Below, in pieces: positions 39,898 to 50,300 of a stretch of DNA of 64,000 bases (the stretch's first letter is position 1; each line of letters begins with the position of its first letter). Position numbers and translations under genes: made by a program. Source of the stretch: an uncultured archaeon (GTDB lineage: Archaea; Iainarchaeota; Iainarchaeia; Iainarchaeales; 1-14-0-10-31-34). Under the pieces are notes generated by a model. It had not been told where the DNA came from and made no database searches. It saw only the letters and a list, made by a program, of their open reading frames with translations. The stretch covers positions 256,001 through 320,000 of the forward strand of contig CAZSOZ010000001.1 in assembly GCA_964608675.1 (NCBI GenBank), written 5' to 3'.

Positions 39898-40536
39898 ATG
39901 CCTGCAAGAAAAACTGCGATGCACAAATATCTTCCTGAAATAAAAAAAGAATTAAAATCCAAAAAAACAGGCTTTTCAGAAAAAACTCTTTTTTTAGAAC
40001 AAGCATTCAAAAAACTAAAGAAAAAAATTCCAAAAGAACGCCTTGGATTATATCTTCAAAGAACAATGCGTAATTCAAAAAATAAAGCTGAAAGAATTTT
40101 TGCAGTTAGAAACTTAATAAAGTATTCAGGTTCTGAATCAGCAGCCAGGCATTTAAGAAAATCAGTATTTTTTGACAGAGATCCTTTGGTAAGGCTTTCT
40201 GCTTTTCAGGAACTGCTTAAAACAAATGTTTCTGATTCAATTAAAAGAAAAATATTTTTGGAAAGATTTTTCAGGCAGGAAGTTATTCTGGATCCACAAT
40301 ATTCAAAGCAGACAACAACTGCAAGAGCTTTTTTTAAAAAAGAATATATTGATGCTGTTGCATTTAATAAAAAAATGAAAGATAAAACAAAACTTGTTTT
40401 TTTTGAGACGGCATTTAAGAGAATTGAAAAATCAAATGTTTTTGAAAAAAAACTTCATTTGAACGAATCAGTTAAAGAACATTTGCAGTCAAAAATTGAT
40501 TTTTTAAAGCAAAAATTGAACAGAAAAGCAGCTTAA
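39898..40536 (+). CDS. Basic hypothetical protein with a HEAT-like helical segment
   Basis: ERIFAVRNL...DRDPLVRLSAFQEL. Starts MPARK. Confidence 0.6.
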   Translation: MPARKTAMHKYLPEIKKELKSKKTGFSEKTLFLEQAFKKLKKKIPKERLGLYLQRTMRNSKNKAERIFAVRNLIKYSGSESAARHLRKSVFFDRDPLVRLSAFQELLKTNVSDSIKRKIFLERFFRQEVILDPQYSKQTTTARAFFKKEYIDAVAFNKKMKDKTKLVFFETAFKRIEKSNVFEKKLHLNESVKEHLQSKIDFLKQKLNRKAA

Positions 40537-40625
40537 AGCAAAAACTTTAAATTAAACTAAAAACAAAGTTAAATAAACAAATTTTCTATTGAAAAAAAAG
40601 AAAAAATAATTCGTGAGGTCATTTT

Positions 40626-41396
40626 TTGAAGAATTTGTTTATTGGTGTTTTAGTTTTGTCTGTTCTTTTGTCTGGATGCACTGAAGACAGCACAGGACAG
40701 GCATTTAAAAGCTTGAACGAAAAAAAAGTTCTGCCTCCTGTTGATTCAACAATTCAGGTTCCTTCAACTCCGCAAAACTTGACTGCAGTTTCAGGACCAA
40801 ACACAGGCCAAATAACTTTGGATTGGAATCATTCAGATGAAAACGTTTCTGATGGAAACATTTCTTATGAAACTTACTGGTGGACTAATGACATGAATGG
40901 AACAGACTATAATGGAACCATCTATTCAAATTTAACTTATTTAACACATACTACTCCTACTCCATCTGAAACAGGTTTACTGCATTACTATAAAGTTAAA
41001 GCCTGTAATTCTTTTGGATGCAGTTCTTGGTCTAACACTGATTCAGCTTACCCTAAATTAGGCGCTGAAGCAAACGGACCTTATACTGCTTTAGAAGAAC
41101 AAGGTTTTATGGTAAGCGGAAATGCATGGTATCGATCAACAAATCCAAGTTATTATTGGTATTTGTCTGATACAAATTCAGATGTAAACTGTTATGTTTC
41201 AAGTCCATTCAATCAAAACACTACTGTTTATTGTGCTAACACTGGAACAATAACAATTAATTTAAGGGTTTCAGCTGCAAACGGAACAGAGTATGATACA
41301 GCGTTAATTACTGTTGACTCTAATTCAAGCAGTTCAGGATGCATTCCGTATTATGATAAGACTACTGGAATGTGGATTCCTTGTTCATCTGAATAA
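40626..41396 (+). CDS. Lipoprotein with FN3 and PKD-like domains
   Basis: LLSGC lipobox, PSTPQNLTA...ITLDW...YYKVKACNSFGCSSWS, and AEANGPY...Y.W. Confidence 0.8.
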   Translation: MKNLFIGVLVLSVLLSGCTEDSTGQAFKSLNEKKVLPPVDSTIQVPSTPQNLTAVSGPNTGQITLDWNHSDENVSDGNISYETYWWTNDMNGTDYNGTIYSNLTYLTHTTPTPSETGLLHYYKVKACNSFGCSSWSNTDSAYPKLGAEANGPYTALEEQGFMVSGNAWYRSTNPSYYWYLSDTNSDVNCYVSSPFNQNTTVYCANTGTITINLRVSAANGTEYDTALITVDSNSSSSGCIPYYDKTTGMWIPCSSE

Positions 41397-41443
41397 AAGT
41401 TTTCTGTTTTAAAAAACAGAAACTTTTCTTTTTCTTTTTTTTT
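41395..41443. terminator. Hairpin plus T-tract between convergent genes
   Basis: AAAAGTTTTCTGTTTT / AAAACAGAAACTTTT near-perfect inverted repeat followed by a long T-run. Confidence 0.55.
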
Positions 41444-42442
41444 TTAGTATTTTGGAATGATTTTGTCTATTTCGGTTATTACATAAGTTTCAAGATAAGC
41501 TGCAATTAAAAGCAATGTAAATGAAATCATCATTAAAATAAATGCATGAGTTAAAATTCTTTCAAATCTTTCTGATTCAAAGTTTTCTTTTGCTAATCCT
41601 TGTGAAGCAATTCCTCCTGAGATTGCTGCAGTAAAATACGTTAATGCTTCCATGGCTGTATGCGGAAGAACAGTAAGCAAAAGCAAACCAAAAAAAACAA
41701 TCGGGTTTTTGTCTGCAATTGGCGCTAACTCCAGAGATTTGTGGGCAAAAACTATTCCCCAGACAGATGCATTCCATGTAATAATAAACATTGCTCCAAA
41801 ACCGTAAATTAATGCTACAAGAAAAGTGACAATTAAAACCCATAAATTGTTTTGAATTATTCCAATAAAGAACTCAAATTGCCGGCAGTCTCCTAACAGG
41901 CATTCTTTTGCAGCGCTTCCTGTTGCTTCTCCTGTTGAATTCCCTAAAATTCTTTCATATGCTTGAAATTGTTCTCCGAACATGTATTTGTCTGAAACAA
42001 GTTTTTCTTGTCCTCCTTTGATTACAGTAAACTGGATTAATCCATTATAGTTTCCGTCTTCCTGCGGAAGAATAAAAATCATTAATCCAAATAACAAGAA
42101 TGCACCGAAAAAAAAATACAAGTACACTTGAATTAAATGTTTGTGGTCTGACCATAAACTTTTAACTGAAAACTTTTTTGATCTAAACTGTAATTCAGTT
42201 ATTTTTAAGCCGTTTGCTTCTACTTGTGTTTCTCTTCCTTCTCTTAATGCAAGTTCTTCAATTAGTTTGCTGATTAAAGGCATTAATGCCATTGAAGTAA
42301 AAAACACTGATACAATTCCAATATAGCTTGGAAACAAAAAAAACGCTACAATTATTCCTATTAAAGCATAAACAAACCCCATCATAAAAGCTCTGTCAGG
42401 AGAAGCATGTAGTTTTGCTGGATTAATAAATTTGCTTATCAT
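41444..42442 (-). CDS. SpoIIM/DUF95-family membrane protein
   Basis: IIQNN, WNASVWG, LPHTAME and AAYLET, with multiple TM segments. Confidence 0.85.
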   Translation of the reverse strand: MISKFINPAKLHASPDRAFMMGFVYALIGIIVAFFLFPSYIGIVSVFFTSMALMPLISKLIEELALREGRETQVEANGLKITELQFRSKKFSVKSLWSDHKHLIQVYLYFFFGAFLLFGLMIFILPQEDGNYNGLIQFTVIKGGQEKLVSDKYMFGEQFQAYERILGNSTGEATGSAAKECLLGDCRQFEFFIGIIQNNLWVLIVTFLVALIYGFGAMFIITWNASVWGIVFAHKSLELAPIADKNPIVFFGLLLLTVLPHTAMEALTYFTAAISGGIASQGLAKENFESERFERILTHAFILMMISFTLLLIAAYLETYVITEIDKIIPKY

Positions 42443-42477
42443 GCATAAAAATAGGTTTACCTGCTTTAAAACTTTTC

Positions 42478-42840
42478 CTAAATCATTCTTTTTCTTGGAA
42501 GAAATTGTTTTGGTTTAGGCATTCTTTTTGTTTTAAGCGGTTTTTTTTGTATTAATTTTTTTTTGCTTTCATTTTGGTTAATCCATTTTCTTGCTTGAAC
42601 CAAAAATTTTTCGCTTTTTTTAGGAGCGCCTTTTTTTTCTTCAATAACTGCTTTTTGAATCAGTTCATTTAATCCGGGTTTTTTTGCGATTTCTTTTTCT
42701 ATTATTTTCCAGCTTTCTTCAATTAATTTTTCTGCGTCTTTCCATGTGCATTTTCTTAATGAAAACGGAAGAAGAGTAAGCAAAGCAGTTAATCCAATTA
42801 TTTTAATTATTTTTGTTTTGGTTTTTTTGTTTAAACTCAT
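42478..42840 (-). CDS. Basic hypothetical protein with one hydrophobic helix
   Basis: 120-aa ORF overlapping the PPIase stop by 4 nt. Confidence 0.55.
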   Translation of the reverse strand: MSLNKKTKTKIIKIIGLTALLTLLPFSLRKCTWKDAEKLIEESWKIIEKEIAKKPGLNELIQKAVIEEKKGAPKKSEKFLVQARKWINQNESKKKLIQKKPLKTKRMPKPKQFLPRKRMI

Positions 42841-43586
42841 TTTTTTTCTTCTTTTGTTTTTTCTGAATCAGTTTTTTTTTCTTTGTTTATTTTTTCTATT
42901 TCTTTTTTTATTTCTTCTGTGTTTTTTTCTTTTGGTTTTTCTACTTTTTCTATAAAATTAATTTTTTTTGTTTCTTCAAAGTTTTTGAATATTGTCTGGC
43001 TGAATACTGCTTTTGCTTTTGGTTCAGGGACTATTCCTTCAAAAACCACTTCAATTTTTTCTTTTTCTTCTTTGATTTTTGGGGTTTCTCCAAAAAACTT
43101 GTTTTTTAATGCCTGTAGTTTTTCTTTTTTTTCTGTTAAAACTTTTTTCAGTTTAACGCTGTATTCTATTTCTTTTCCTGCTAATTCGTGATTAAAGTCA
43201 ACTCTTATTCTTCCTCCGGAAACACTCTGAATTTTTCCTCTCATGTTATTTAATTCAACTATTAATCCAGGCACAGGCCTTATTTCTCTTGCAATGAATT
43301 CTTTCATTGGCAGAACTTTAATTAATTCTGCTTTTCTTTCTCCAAAAGCTTGTTCTGGTTTTAATTCAATTTTTTTTTCTTCTCCTTCTTTCATTTTTAT
43401 TATTTCTTTTTCAAGGGATTCGAGGAGTTCTTTGTTTCCGATTATTATATTAATGGGTTCATAATTTATTTTTTCGTTATATATTCCTGCTTCTTCTGCT
43501 TTTTCTTTTATTGTTGAATCAAATATTTGTCCGTTTGTTTTGTCTCTTGCAGTGTAGTTGATTATTGCTATATCTCCTTTGTCCAT
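42837..43586 (-). CDS. slyD: FKBP-type peptidyl-prolyl isomerase (long archaeal SlyD type)
   Basis: INYT...IFDST, PEQAFGER and SGGRIRVDFNHELAGK. A GGTGG RBS precedes ATG 43586. Confidence 0.93.
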   Translation of the reverse strand: MDKGDIAIINYTARDKTNGQIFDSTIKEKAEEAGIYNEKINYEPINIIIGNKELLESLEKEIIKMKEGEEKKIELKPEQAFGERKAELIKVLPMKEFIAREIRPVPGLIVELNNMRGKIQSVSGGRIRVDFNHELAGKEIEYSVKLKKVLTEKKEKLQALKNKFFGETPKIKEEKEKIEVVFEGIVPEPKAKAVFSQTIFKNFEETKKINFIEKVEKPKEKNTEEIKKEIEKINKEKKTDSEKTKEEKK

Positions 43587-43761
43587 TAAACCACCTTGCT
43601 TTTTTTTTAAATGCTGTACCAAAAACTTTTTAAAAAATTTTTATCAAAAAAACAGTTTTTTTTTGTGTTGCCTTTTCTTTTTTTTTTAAGAAAATAACAG
43701 CAATAATATTTACTAAAACTCAATTCTTTTAATACCTTTTATTCACATTTATTTTTTTGGT

Positions 43762-45111
43762 GTGTTCATGAATTTAAATCAATGGTTTGGAATTTTTGTT
43801 GCAGTTTTAATGGTTGGCTCAATTTTTGGTTTTGCAGTATATTTTAATGACGGCCAGCCTGAAGAAACTCTTGAAAATTCTTCAGAACCCAGTGTGCCTT
43901 CAACTGTTATTCAAATGAAATCAGAAAACGTGGAAGCAAAAGTTGTTGAAGTTTTGCCCAAAATTTTATTTAGTGCGTACACAAACGAAGCAGACATTAC
44001 AATAATTAATGAAAAGCTTGCTTTGGTTGAAGGAATATACAAGTTAACCCCTAAATATAAACAGGTTGAGAACACGTCTTTTGGCACTTCTTTGGTTTAT
44101 ATTGCTGAAATTTCTTTTGATGAAGAAAAAACTTCAAAAGAAATTGTTTCTCAGATTGATTCTTTGACTGAAGGGCTTTTGTTTGACCCTGTTTATTTTG
44201 AAATAGTTTTGGTCAGCGTTCAGAAAAACGTTCAGTTTTCAAACGAACAGGGATTTGAAAAAGAATATGAATTTGAAGACCCTTTGACTGTTGCTTATAC
44301 TGCGCCGGGAACAAAAAAAGGAGACCAAATTTTTGTCAGGCTTGATGCTTCTTTTACTGGAAACAATTTAGTTAATTTGTTTGCTTCGGGAACAAGAAAT
44401 TTAAGCGCAGAACCAAAAACACATACTTTTGATGTAAATAAAATTGTTGAAGAAAAACTTCCAAGAATTGTTTTTGGAGCATATGTAAAATACAGTAATT
44501 TTGTTGAAGAAAGTGAATTAAAAGAAAAAATTCTTTCTTTAAGTAATGCTGTTGACGTAAATGTTTCTGCTTTTAAACCGGAAAATTATTTTACTGTTTT
44601 TTTTGATGCCAACATTGATTTAAAATCTGATTTAAATGATTTTTTTTCAGACAACAATTCTTTTGAATCAATTGCAGTTTATGAAGCAGGAAATGGTTTT
44701 TCTGCTGAAGTTTATTTTAATGAATCTTCAGATAAAAATGTTGCTGAACTATTTGAATTAATTTCAGGTTTTTTGGAATCAAAAACTGCTTCAAATATTT
44801 CTTTGAAGGAATCCAATTCTCAGGTCTTTGCATCTATTGCTTTGACTTCATCTGATTCCATGCAGACTGTTAATGAATTGAATGCTTTGTTTGGTGAATT
44901 AAATTTTGCAGGAAGCCAGATTCAGCAGGAAGCAGTTGTTTCTTTTGATTCTTTTTTTTCTGATGAAGGGCAGGAGTTCATTCCTGATAAAGAAACAGTT
45001 CAAGAAGTTTTTGTTTCTCCTGAAACACAAACCGGAGAAACAGTTGAATTAGTTGTTGAAATCGAAGTTGTAAGAGGTTCAATTGTTTCAATCAGGGCGG
45101 CTGCCTCTTGA
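43762..45111 (+). CDS. Membrane-anchored acidic hypothetical protein
   Basis: N-terminal TM (FVAVLMVGSIFGFAV), 449 aa. Confidence 0.7.
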   Translation: MFMNLNQWFGIFVAVLMVGSIFGFAVYFNDGQPEETLENSSEPSVPSTVIQMKSENVEAKVVEVLPKILFSAYTNEADITIINEKLALVEGIYKLTPKYKQVENTSFGTSLVYIAEISFDEEKTSKEIVSQIDSLTEGLLFDPVYFEIVLVSVQKNVQFSNEQGFEKEYEFEDPLTVAYTAPGTKKGDQIFVRLDASFTGNNLVNLFASGTRNLSAEPKTHTFDVNKIVEEKLPRIVFGAYVKYSNFVEESELKEKILSLSNAVDVNVSAFKPENYFTVFFDANIDLKSDLNDFFSDNNSFESIAVYEAGNGFSAEVYFNESSDKNVAELFELISGFLESKTASNISLKESNSQVFASIALTSSDSMQTVNELNALFGELNFAGSQIQQEAVVSFDSFFSDEGQEFIPDKETVQEVFVSPETQTGETVELVVEIEVVRGSIVSIRAAAS

Positions 45112-45112
45112 T

Positions 45113-45460
45113 TTATTCTTTTTTTAGTTTCATTATTGCTTCTGCAAGATCTCCGTTTGTTTCTTTTAATGCTTTTTCTGCGTCTTCTTTTTTTGAATTG
45201 GTTTGTTCCATTACTATTTTTATGTCTTCTTCGTTCAAGCTTTTTTCTTCTTTTGCTTCTCCTACTACTGAATAAATTTTTTGCCCTTGTGCATTCATTG
45301 CTGTAACGTTTGGGTTTTCTATTGTGAGTTTGCTTCCGTCTTCTAATTCAAAAACAACTTTTACTGCGTTTATTTCTTCTGATTTTATTCCGAATTGTTT
45401 CATTAAACCCTGCATTTGTTTTGGATTCATTTTTCCCATTCCTGGAATCATTTTTATCAC
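45113..45460 (-). CDS. nac: Nascent polypeptide-associated complex protein
   Basis: MNPKQMQGLMKQFGI, P.VT.M..QGQKIYSV and the UBA-like EEDIKIVMEQ...GDLAEAIMKL. Confidence 0.95.
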   Translation of the reverse strand: MIKMIPGMGKMNPKQMQGLMKQFGIKSEEINAVKVVFELEDGSKLTIENPNVTAMNAQGQKIYSVVGEAKEEKSLNEEDIKIVMEQTNSKKEDAEKALKETNGDLAEAIMKLKKE

Positions 45461-45564
45461 CTAAAATTTTTTTTTGAGTTCTTATTTAGTTTTTTTTGGT
45501 TTTTTTCCATTCAATTATGTTTTGTTCCATTAAGTTTATTAATTTTCATTCTGTGTTTTTTTGT

Positions 45565-46218
45565 ATGTCTAAAGGAATTATTTCTTCTTTTGAAAAATTT
45601 GTTGAAGCCAACCCTGAAATTGATTTGGATTCAAATCCTCAGAGAACAAAAGCATTAAAGGATTATTTTTCTTTTGGAGGTTTTGTTTCTTTGATTTCTT
45701 TTGATAAAAGCTGGCCAAAATTAATTTATCCTTCAAAGCAGAGATTATTATTTCAATTAAATGAATTAGAGGAAAGTAGGAAATTGTTTGAATCAAAATT
45801 AAATGACTGGAAAAAAAAGAATTCTGAAGCAAAAAATTATAAGACAATGGTTTCAATTAAAAAATTTTCTGAGCTGGTTTACTGGAAACATTTAGCAAAA
45901 AAATTAACTGACAAGGAATACAGCAATTCAGTTAATAGAGTGAATCTTCCTGTTGAACTGGTTTCAGACAAAAAATATAAGCCGATGATTAAAACTTTTC
46001 TTGAAGACGAAGAATACAGAAAGCATTTAATTGAAGCTTTTGAGAATTCTGTTGTATACAAAAAAGACAGGGAGTTAGCAAAGCATGCAAGCAATCTTCA
46101 GGAATTCAGAAAGAGTGTTTCAGAAACAAAAATAAATGAATTGTCAAAAAAAATCGAATTAATAAACAAAAATATTTCTTGTTTAAGAGAAATGATGAAG
46201 TGGGCTGAAAATAAATAA
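45565..46218 (+). CDS. Hypothetical coiled-coil protein
   Basis: Likely start ATG 45565 (MSKGII). No recognised motif. Confidence 0.65.
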   Translation: MSKGIISSFEKFVEANPEIDLDSNPQRTKALKDYFSFGGFVSLISFDKSWPKLIYPSKQRLLFQLNELEESRKLFESKLNDWKKKNSEAKNYKTMVSIKKFSELVYWKHLAKKLTDKEYSNSVNRVNLPVELVSDKKYKPMIKTFLEDEEYRKHLIEAFENSVVYKKDRELAKHASNLQEFRKSVSETKINELSKKIELINKNISCLREMMKWAENK

Positions 46219-46228
46219 TTCAGCTGAT

Positions 46229-46354
46229 TCAGCCTGCAAGTGTTTTTATTACTGCTTTTCCTATTGCTCCATTTTGGTAAGCAAAAAACAGGGAAACAAT
46301 AATTACAGCAGTAAATAAAATTATAATAACTCTTGTTTTTGTTTTTCTATCCAT
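46229..46354 (-). CDS. Small membrane protein (41 aa) MDRKTKTRVIIILFTAVIIVSLFFAYQNGAIGKAVIKTLAG
   Basis: Hand-translated. Basic N-terminus plus one TM, filling the gap between two + strand genes. Confidence 0.55.
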   Translation of the reverse strand: MDRKTKTRVIIILFTAVIIVSLFFAYQNGAIGKAVIKTLAG

Positions 46355-46447
46355 AAATATATTATGTATAAACTCTTTTTATTTTTTTTGTTTCACCTGC
46401 ATTCTGGTTTCAATTTCTTTTTATTCTTTTTTTTCCTTTTTTTTTTA

Positions 46448-48601
46448 ATGGATGTTGTTATAAAAGCAAAAGAATTAAATAAAATTGAATTCAATCCAAT
46501 GCAGAAAAAAGCCTTAAATGAAGGGTTGTTTGATTCAAATGTAATTGTTTCTTCTCCTACTGCTTCAGGAAAAACTTTGATTGCAGAAATAACTGCTTTG
46601 AATTCTGTTGTAAACAAAAAAAAGAAAGTAATTTATGCTTGTCCTTTAAAGGCTCTGGCTTCAGAGCATTTTCAGGAATTCAAAAAAAAGTATTCAAATG
46701 AATTGAAGATAAGGACAACTATTTCTACTGGCGATTTTGATTCTAATTCAAAATACTTGCAGAATTATGACGTTATTTTTACTACTTATGAAAAAACTGA
46801 ATCTCTTTTAAGGCATAAAGCTGAATGGCTTTCTTCTGTTGGATTATTAATTGTGGATGAAATTCACGAAATTGATTCAAACAGAGGGCCTACAATTGAA
46901 ATAATGATTACAAAACTTCTTTTATTGAATCCAAAACTTCAGGTTTTGGGGTTAAGTGCTACAATTCCTAATTCAATTGAGTTAGCTGAATGGCTTAAAG
47001 CAAAATTAATTCAAAGTTCTTTTCGTCCGGTCAAATTAAGTGAAGGAGTTTTTTTTGAAAACACAATTCATTTTTTGAGAATCAAGGAAAGAATTGAATC
47101 CAAAGATGAGTCGATTGTTTCTCTTTCTCTTGATGCAGTAAAAAAAGGAAAACAGGCATTAATTTTTTGTAATACTCGCCCAAGTTCAATTGCGACAGCA
47201 AAAAAACTGGCAAAAACTATTGAAAAAAATCTTTTGGAAAAGGAAAAAATGTTTTTGTCAGACAAATCAAATGAAATTCTTAATGCTTTAGAAACTCCCA
47301 CTGAACAATGCAGGATTCTTTCTAATTTAGTTAAATCCGGTGTTGCATTCCATAATGCAGGAATGCTTTCAAAGCAAAGAAGTATTGTTGAAGATTTGTT
47401 TAGAAAAAGACTTTTAAAAGTGGTTTCTGCCACTCCTACTCTTTCTGCAGGAATCAACATGCCTGCTTTCAGAGTGATTATTCCTTCGGTTTTCAGGTAT
47501 ACTGCCGGAGGCATGGCTAAAATTCCTGTCCGTGAATACAAGCAGATGGCTGGAAGAGCCGGCAGACCTAAATTTGATTCAGTCGGGCAAAGCATTTTGA
47601 TTGCAGGAAACGAATTTGAAGCAGAAGAATTAAAGGAAGAATTTATTTTAGGGGACACTGAAGATGTTTCATCTAAACTTGGAATCGAACCTGTTTTGAG
47701 AACTCATGTTCTGGCTGCAATTGCAACAGGCTTTGCTTTTGACCTTGATTCCCTTGAAAAATTTTTTTCAAAAACATTTTATGCTTACCAGTTTAACGGC
47801 TTAGAGGAAATTTTCCTGAAAATTAATTCTGTTTTGCAGGAGCTTCAGGAAATGAATTTTATTTTTGGAAACAATAAAAGCTTTCAGCCTACTCCTCTTG
47901 GAAAAAGGGTTGCTGAACTTTATTTGGATCCATTGACTGCTAAAATGATTTTAGATTCTTTTGAAAGACCTTTAAATAATTTTTCTTTTTTGTTTTTGTT
48001 GTGTTCTGCTTACGAATTTTTTCCTTTGTTTTCTGTTTCTAAATCAAAAGAATCAGAATTATGGAGTCAGATGACTGCAGAACAAGATGAACTGCCTGTT
48101 AATTTAGAGGAATTAATGTTTTCTGATGTTTCTTTGTTAAAGAAATATAATTCTGCTTTGCTTTTGCAGAAATGGATTAATGAAGCCTCTGAGGAAAGCA
48201 TGAGAAAAGAATTTAATGTTCAGCCGGGAATTCTTCGTTCAAAATTGATGATTGCTGACTGGCTGTTGTATTGTTTTTCTGAATTATCTTTGATTTCAGG
48301 AAAAAAATCTTTTATTCCTTTAATCAGCAAACTTAGAAAAAGAATGAAGCACGGAGTAAAAGAAGAACTTTTACAGTTAACTGAATTAAAAGGTGTTGGA
48401 AGAGTCAGGGCAAGAAAATTATTTAATTCAAATCTGACTTCAATTGCGTTGCTTAAAAAAACTGAATTAAAAAATCTTGCAGGAATTCTTGGAAAAGAAA
48501 CTGCAGTAAAAATAAAAAAACAAGTAGGGCAGGTTTCAAAAAAAGACTTGGATTCAGTTAAAAACAGTTTTTCTAAGCAAACTGACTTAAGTTCTTTTTG
48601 A
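46448..48601 (+). CDS. hel308: Ski2-like DNA helicase Hel308/Hjm
   Basis: SPTASGKT, PLKALA, DEIH, LSAT, AFHNAG, TPTLSAG.N.PA, QMAGRAGRP and the C-terminal HhH GVGRVRARKL. Likely start ATG 46448. Confidence 0.95.
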   Translation: MDVVIKAKELNKIEFNPMQKKALNEGLFDSNVIVSSPTASGKTLIAEITALNSVVNKKKKVIYACPLKALASEHFQEFKKKYSNELKIRTTISTGDFDSNSKYLQNYDVIFTTYEKTESLLRHKAEWLSSVGLLIVDEIHEIDSNRGPTIEIMITKLLLLNPKLQVLGLSATIPNSIELAEWLKAKLIQSSFRPVKLSEGVFFENTIHFLRIKERIESKDESIVSLSLDAVKKGKQALIFCNTRPSSIATAKKLAKTIEKNLLEKEKMFLSDKSNEILNALETPTEQCRILSNLVKSGVAFHNAGMLSKQRSIVEDLFRKRLLKVVSATPTLSAGINMPAFRVIIPSVFRYTAGGMAKIPVREYKQMAGRAGRPKFDSVGQSILIAGNEFEAEELKEEFILGDTEDVSSKLGIEPVLRTHVLAAIATGFAFDLDSLEKFFSKTFYAYQFNGLEEIFLKINSVLQELQEMNFIFGNNKSFQPTPLGKRVAELYLDPLTAKMILDSFERPLNNFSFLFLLCSAYEFFPLFSVSKSKESELWSQMTAEQDELPVNLEELMFSDVSLLKKYNSALLLQKWINEASEESMRKEFNVQPGILRSKLMIADWLLYCFSELSLISGKKSFIPLISKLRKRMKHGVKEELLQLTELKGVGRVRARKLFNSNLTSIALLKKTELKNLAGILGKETAVKIKKQVGQVSKKDLDSVKNSFSKQTDLSSF

Positions 48602-48679
48602 TTTTTTTTTCCGTCAGTTTTTTATATTCTAAAGCACTATTTTTATTGATTATTGCTTTATAGCTTTAAAGGAATTCTT

Positions 48680-50296
48680 ATGATGAAAAAAACTTTATTG
48701 TTTTTGTATTTTTTACTGCTTTTGTCTATTGTTTGTTCTGCTGAATTAAAGGGTTTTTTGAGTATGGGAAGCCCAATTGAAGAAGAATTTTTTCCTGAAG
48801 AAAACAAAATGGTTTACAGTTTTACTTCTCCAAAAAAAATTATTGTTTCAAATATTTTTGTTTCAAGTCCTTCGGCTGAAATCAAGTATTATTTGAAAAT
48901 TCCAGAAAACGTTCAAATGGAAATCTGTGATGAAAGAATGCCTGAATGCAGTTTTTCTTCAGATAACACTCAGCTTTCTGTTAATTCAACTATTTCAGGA
49001 TTAATTCTTGAAAACAATTCACGGATTGCGCTTTATCATCATATTTTCCCAAGTTCTTTTGATTTTATTGTTGAAGGAGACATTAATGTTAATGGTTCAG
49101 CTTCAATTGATGCTTCAGGATTAGATGGAGGGAATTCTGATGTATGTAATGGACTTCCTGCAGGAAACGGAAAAAATGCAGGAAACATTCAAGTAAACGG
49201 AAGCATTTTTCTTTTAGAAAATTCTAGTTTAACTGTTTTTTCTGACGGAGGTTCAGGAGGCAATGGTTCAGATGGAAGCTATGAATGCAGTGTTTTAGAT
49301 GGAACAAATGGAGGCAGTCCTGGAAAAGCAGGAAATATTACTGTAAACAATCTTGTTTTTTCTGAGAATTCTTCTGGTGTTTTTTCTGTTAATGCAGGAA
49401 ACGGAGGAAATGCCGGACAAGGAGAATATTTTGTTGAAACAATTGGAAACGAAGATGAAGTAGAGGAATGCGAAAACGAGTATGATTCATGCAAGGATAA
49501 CTGCAAAACAGCCTGCGGCTGGACATGGGACAACCCGTATGTTTTGCCTTCCTGCGTTGAACCTTGTGAAGAGTCATGCAAACAGCAAAGAGATACATGT
49601 CTTGAAAATGTTTCAGAGAACATAACTAATATTTATGAAGGAGAAGACGGACAACAAGGGCTTTCTGAAAGCGCAGGAAGAATTGAAGTAAATAATTTTT
49701 CTGCTCAGCTTAATTCAAAAATAAGTTTTTTTGCTTTAAAGGGCACAGGCAAAAACTTTGAATTGTTTTCAGATGGAAACATTTCAATGAAATCCTGCAG
49801 TAATTCTGGATTGGAGTTTGACTCTGTTAAAGCAGGAAGAATTTTTGTTTATTCAAATAATTTGTTGGATTTAATGAATTCATTTAATTCTGTCTGCATT
49901 AAACCTGACTGCAGTACTTTTTTTCAGCCTAAAATAAATTTTGATTGTCCTGCTGAAATCCAAGAAAACAATAACGCAATTTTTTCTTTGACTGGAACAA
50001 TCAAAAAAAACGAAGAAAATCTTTCAGGAAAATTCAGTGAATTTGTTTTGTTTAAGGATTCAGGAAATTTAATTGAAGTGGACAGAACGCTTCCTTCACA
50101 GGACTTTGCTTTTTCTGACGGATTCTTTAATTTTTCTTTTGGTTTCAATCAAAGCATTTTTTCTTTAACTGAATTTGATTTCAGTTCTGAATCAAACCCT
50201 TTCAGTTATGTTTTGAATTTTGTTGTTAATGCTTTTGATCCTGTTTTATCTGATGTAATTAAAGCAGGTTTTGTTTTGGAGGAATTTGAAGAGTGA
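48680..50296 (+). CDS. Secreted Gly-rich repeat protein with a Cys-rich insert
   Basis: Signal peptide, repeated G..G.NAG.I.(V/I) units, and the Cys cluster CENEYDSCKDNCKTAC...CVEPCEESCKQQRDTC. Confidence 0.75.
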   Translation: MMKKTLLFLYFLLLLSIVCSAELKGFLSMGSPIEEEFFPEENKMVYSFTSPKKIIVSNIFVSSPSAEIKYYLKIPENVQMEICDERMPECSFSSDNTQLSVNSTISGLILENNSRIALYHHIFPSSFDFIVEGDINVNGSASIDASGLDGGNSDVCNGLPAGNGKNAGNIQVNGSIFLLENSSLTVFSDGGSGGNGSDGSYECSVLDGTNGGSPGKAGNITVNNLVFSENSSGVFSVNAGNGGNAGQGEYFVETIGNEDEVEECENEYDSCKDNCKTACGWTWDNPYVLPSCVEPCEESCKQQRDTCLENVSENITNIYEGEDGQQGLSESAGRIEVNNFSAQLNSKISFFALKGTGKNFELFSDGNISMKSCSNSGLEFDSVKAGRIFVYSNNLLDLMNSFNSVCIKPDCSTFFQPKINFDCPAEIQENNNAIFSLTGTIKKNEENLSGKFSEFVLFKDSGNLIEVDRTLPSQDFAFSDGFFNFSFGFNQSIFSLTEFDFSSESNPFSYVLNFVVNAFDPVLSDVIKAGFVLEEFEE

Positions 50297-50300
50297 TTCA

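Noticed and set aside
46364-46447. Hydrophobic N-terminal extension on Hel308
   Set aside because: It is a translated T-rich intergenic tract. ATG 46448 matches the expected protein start.
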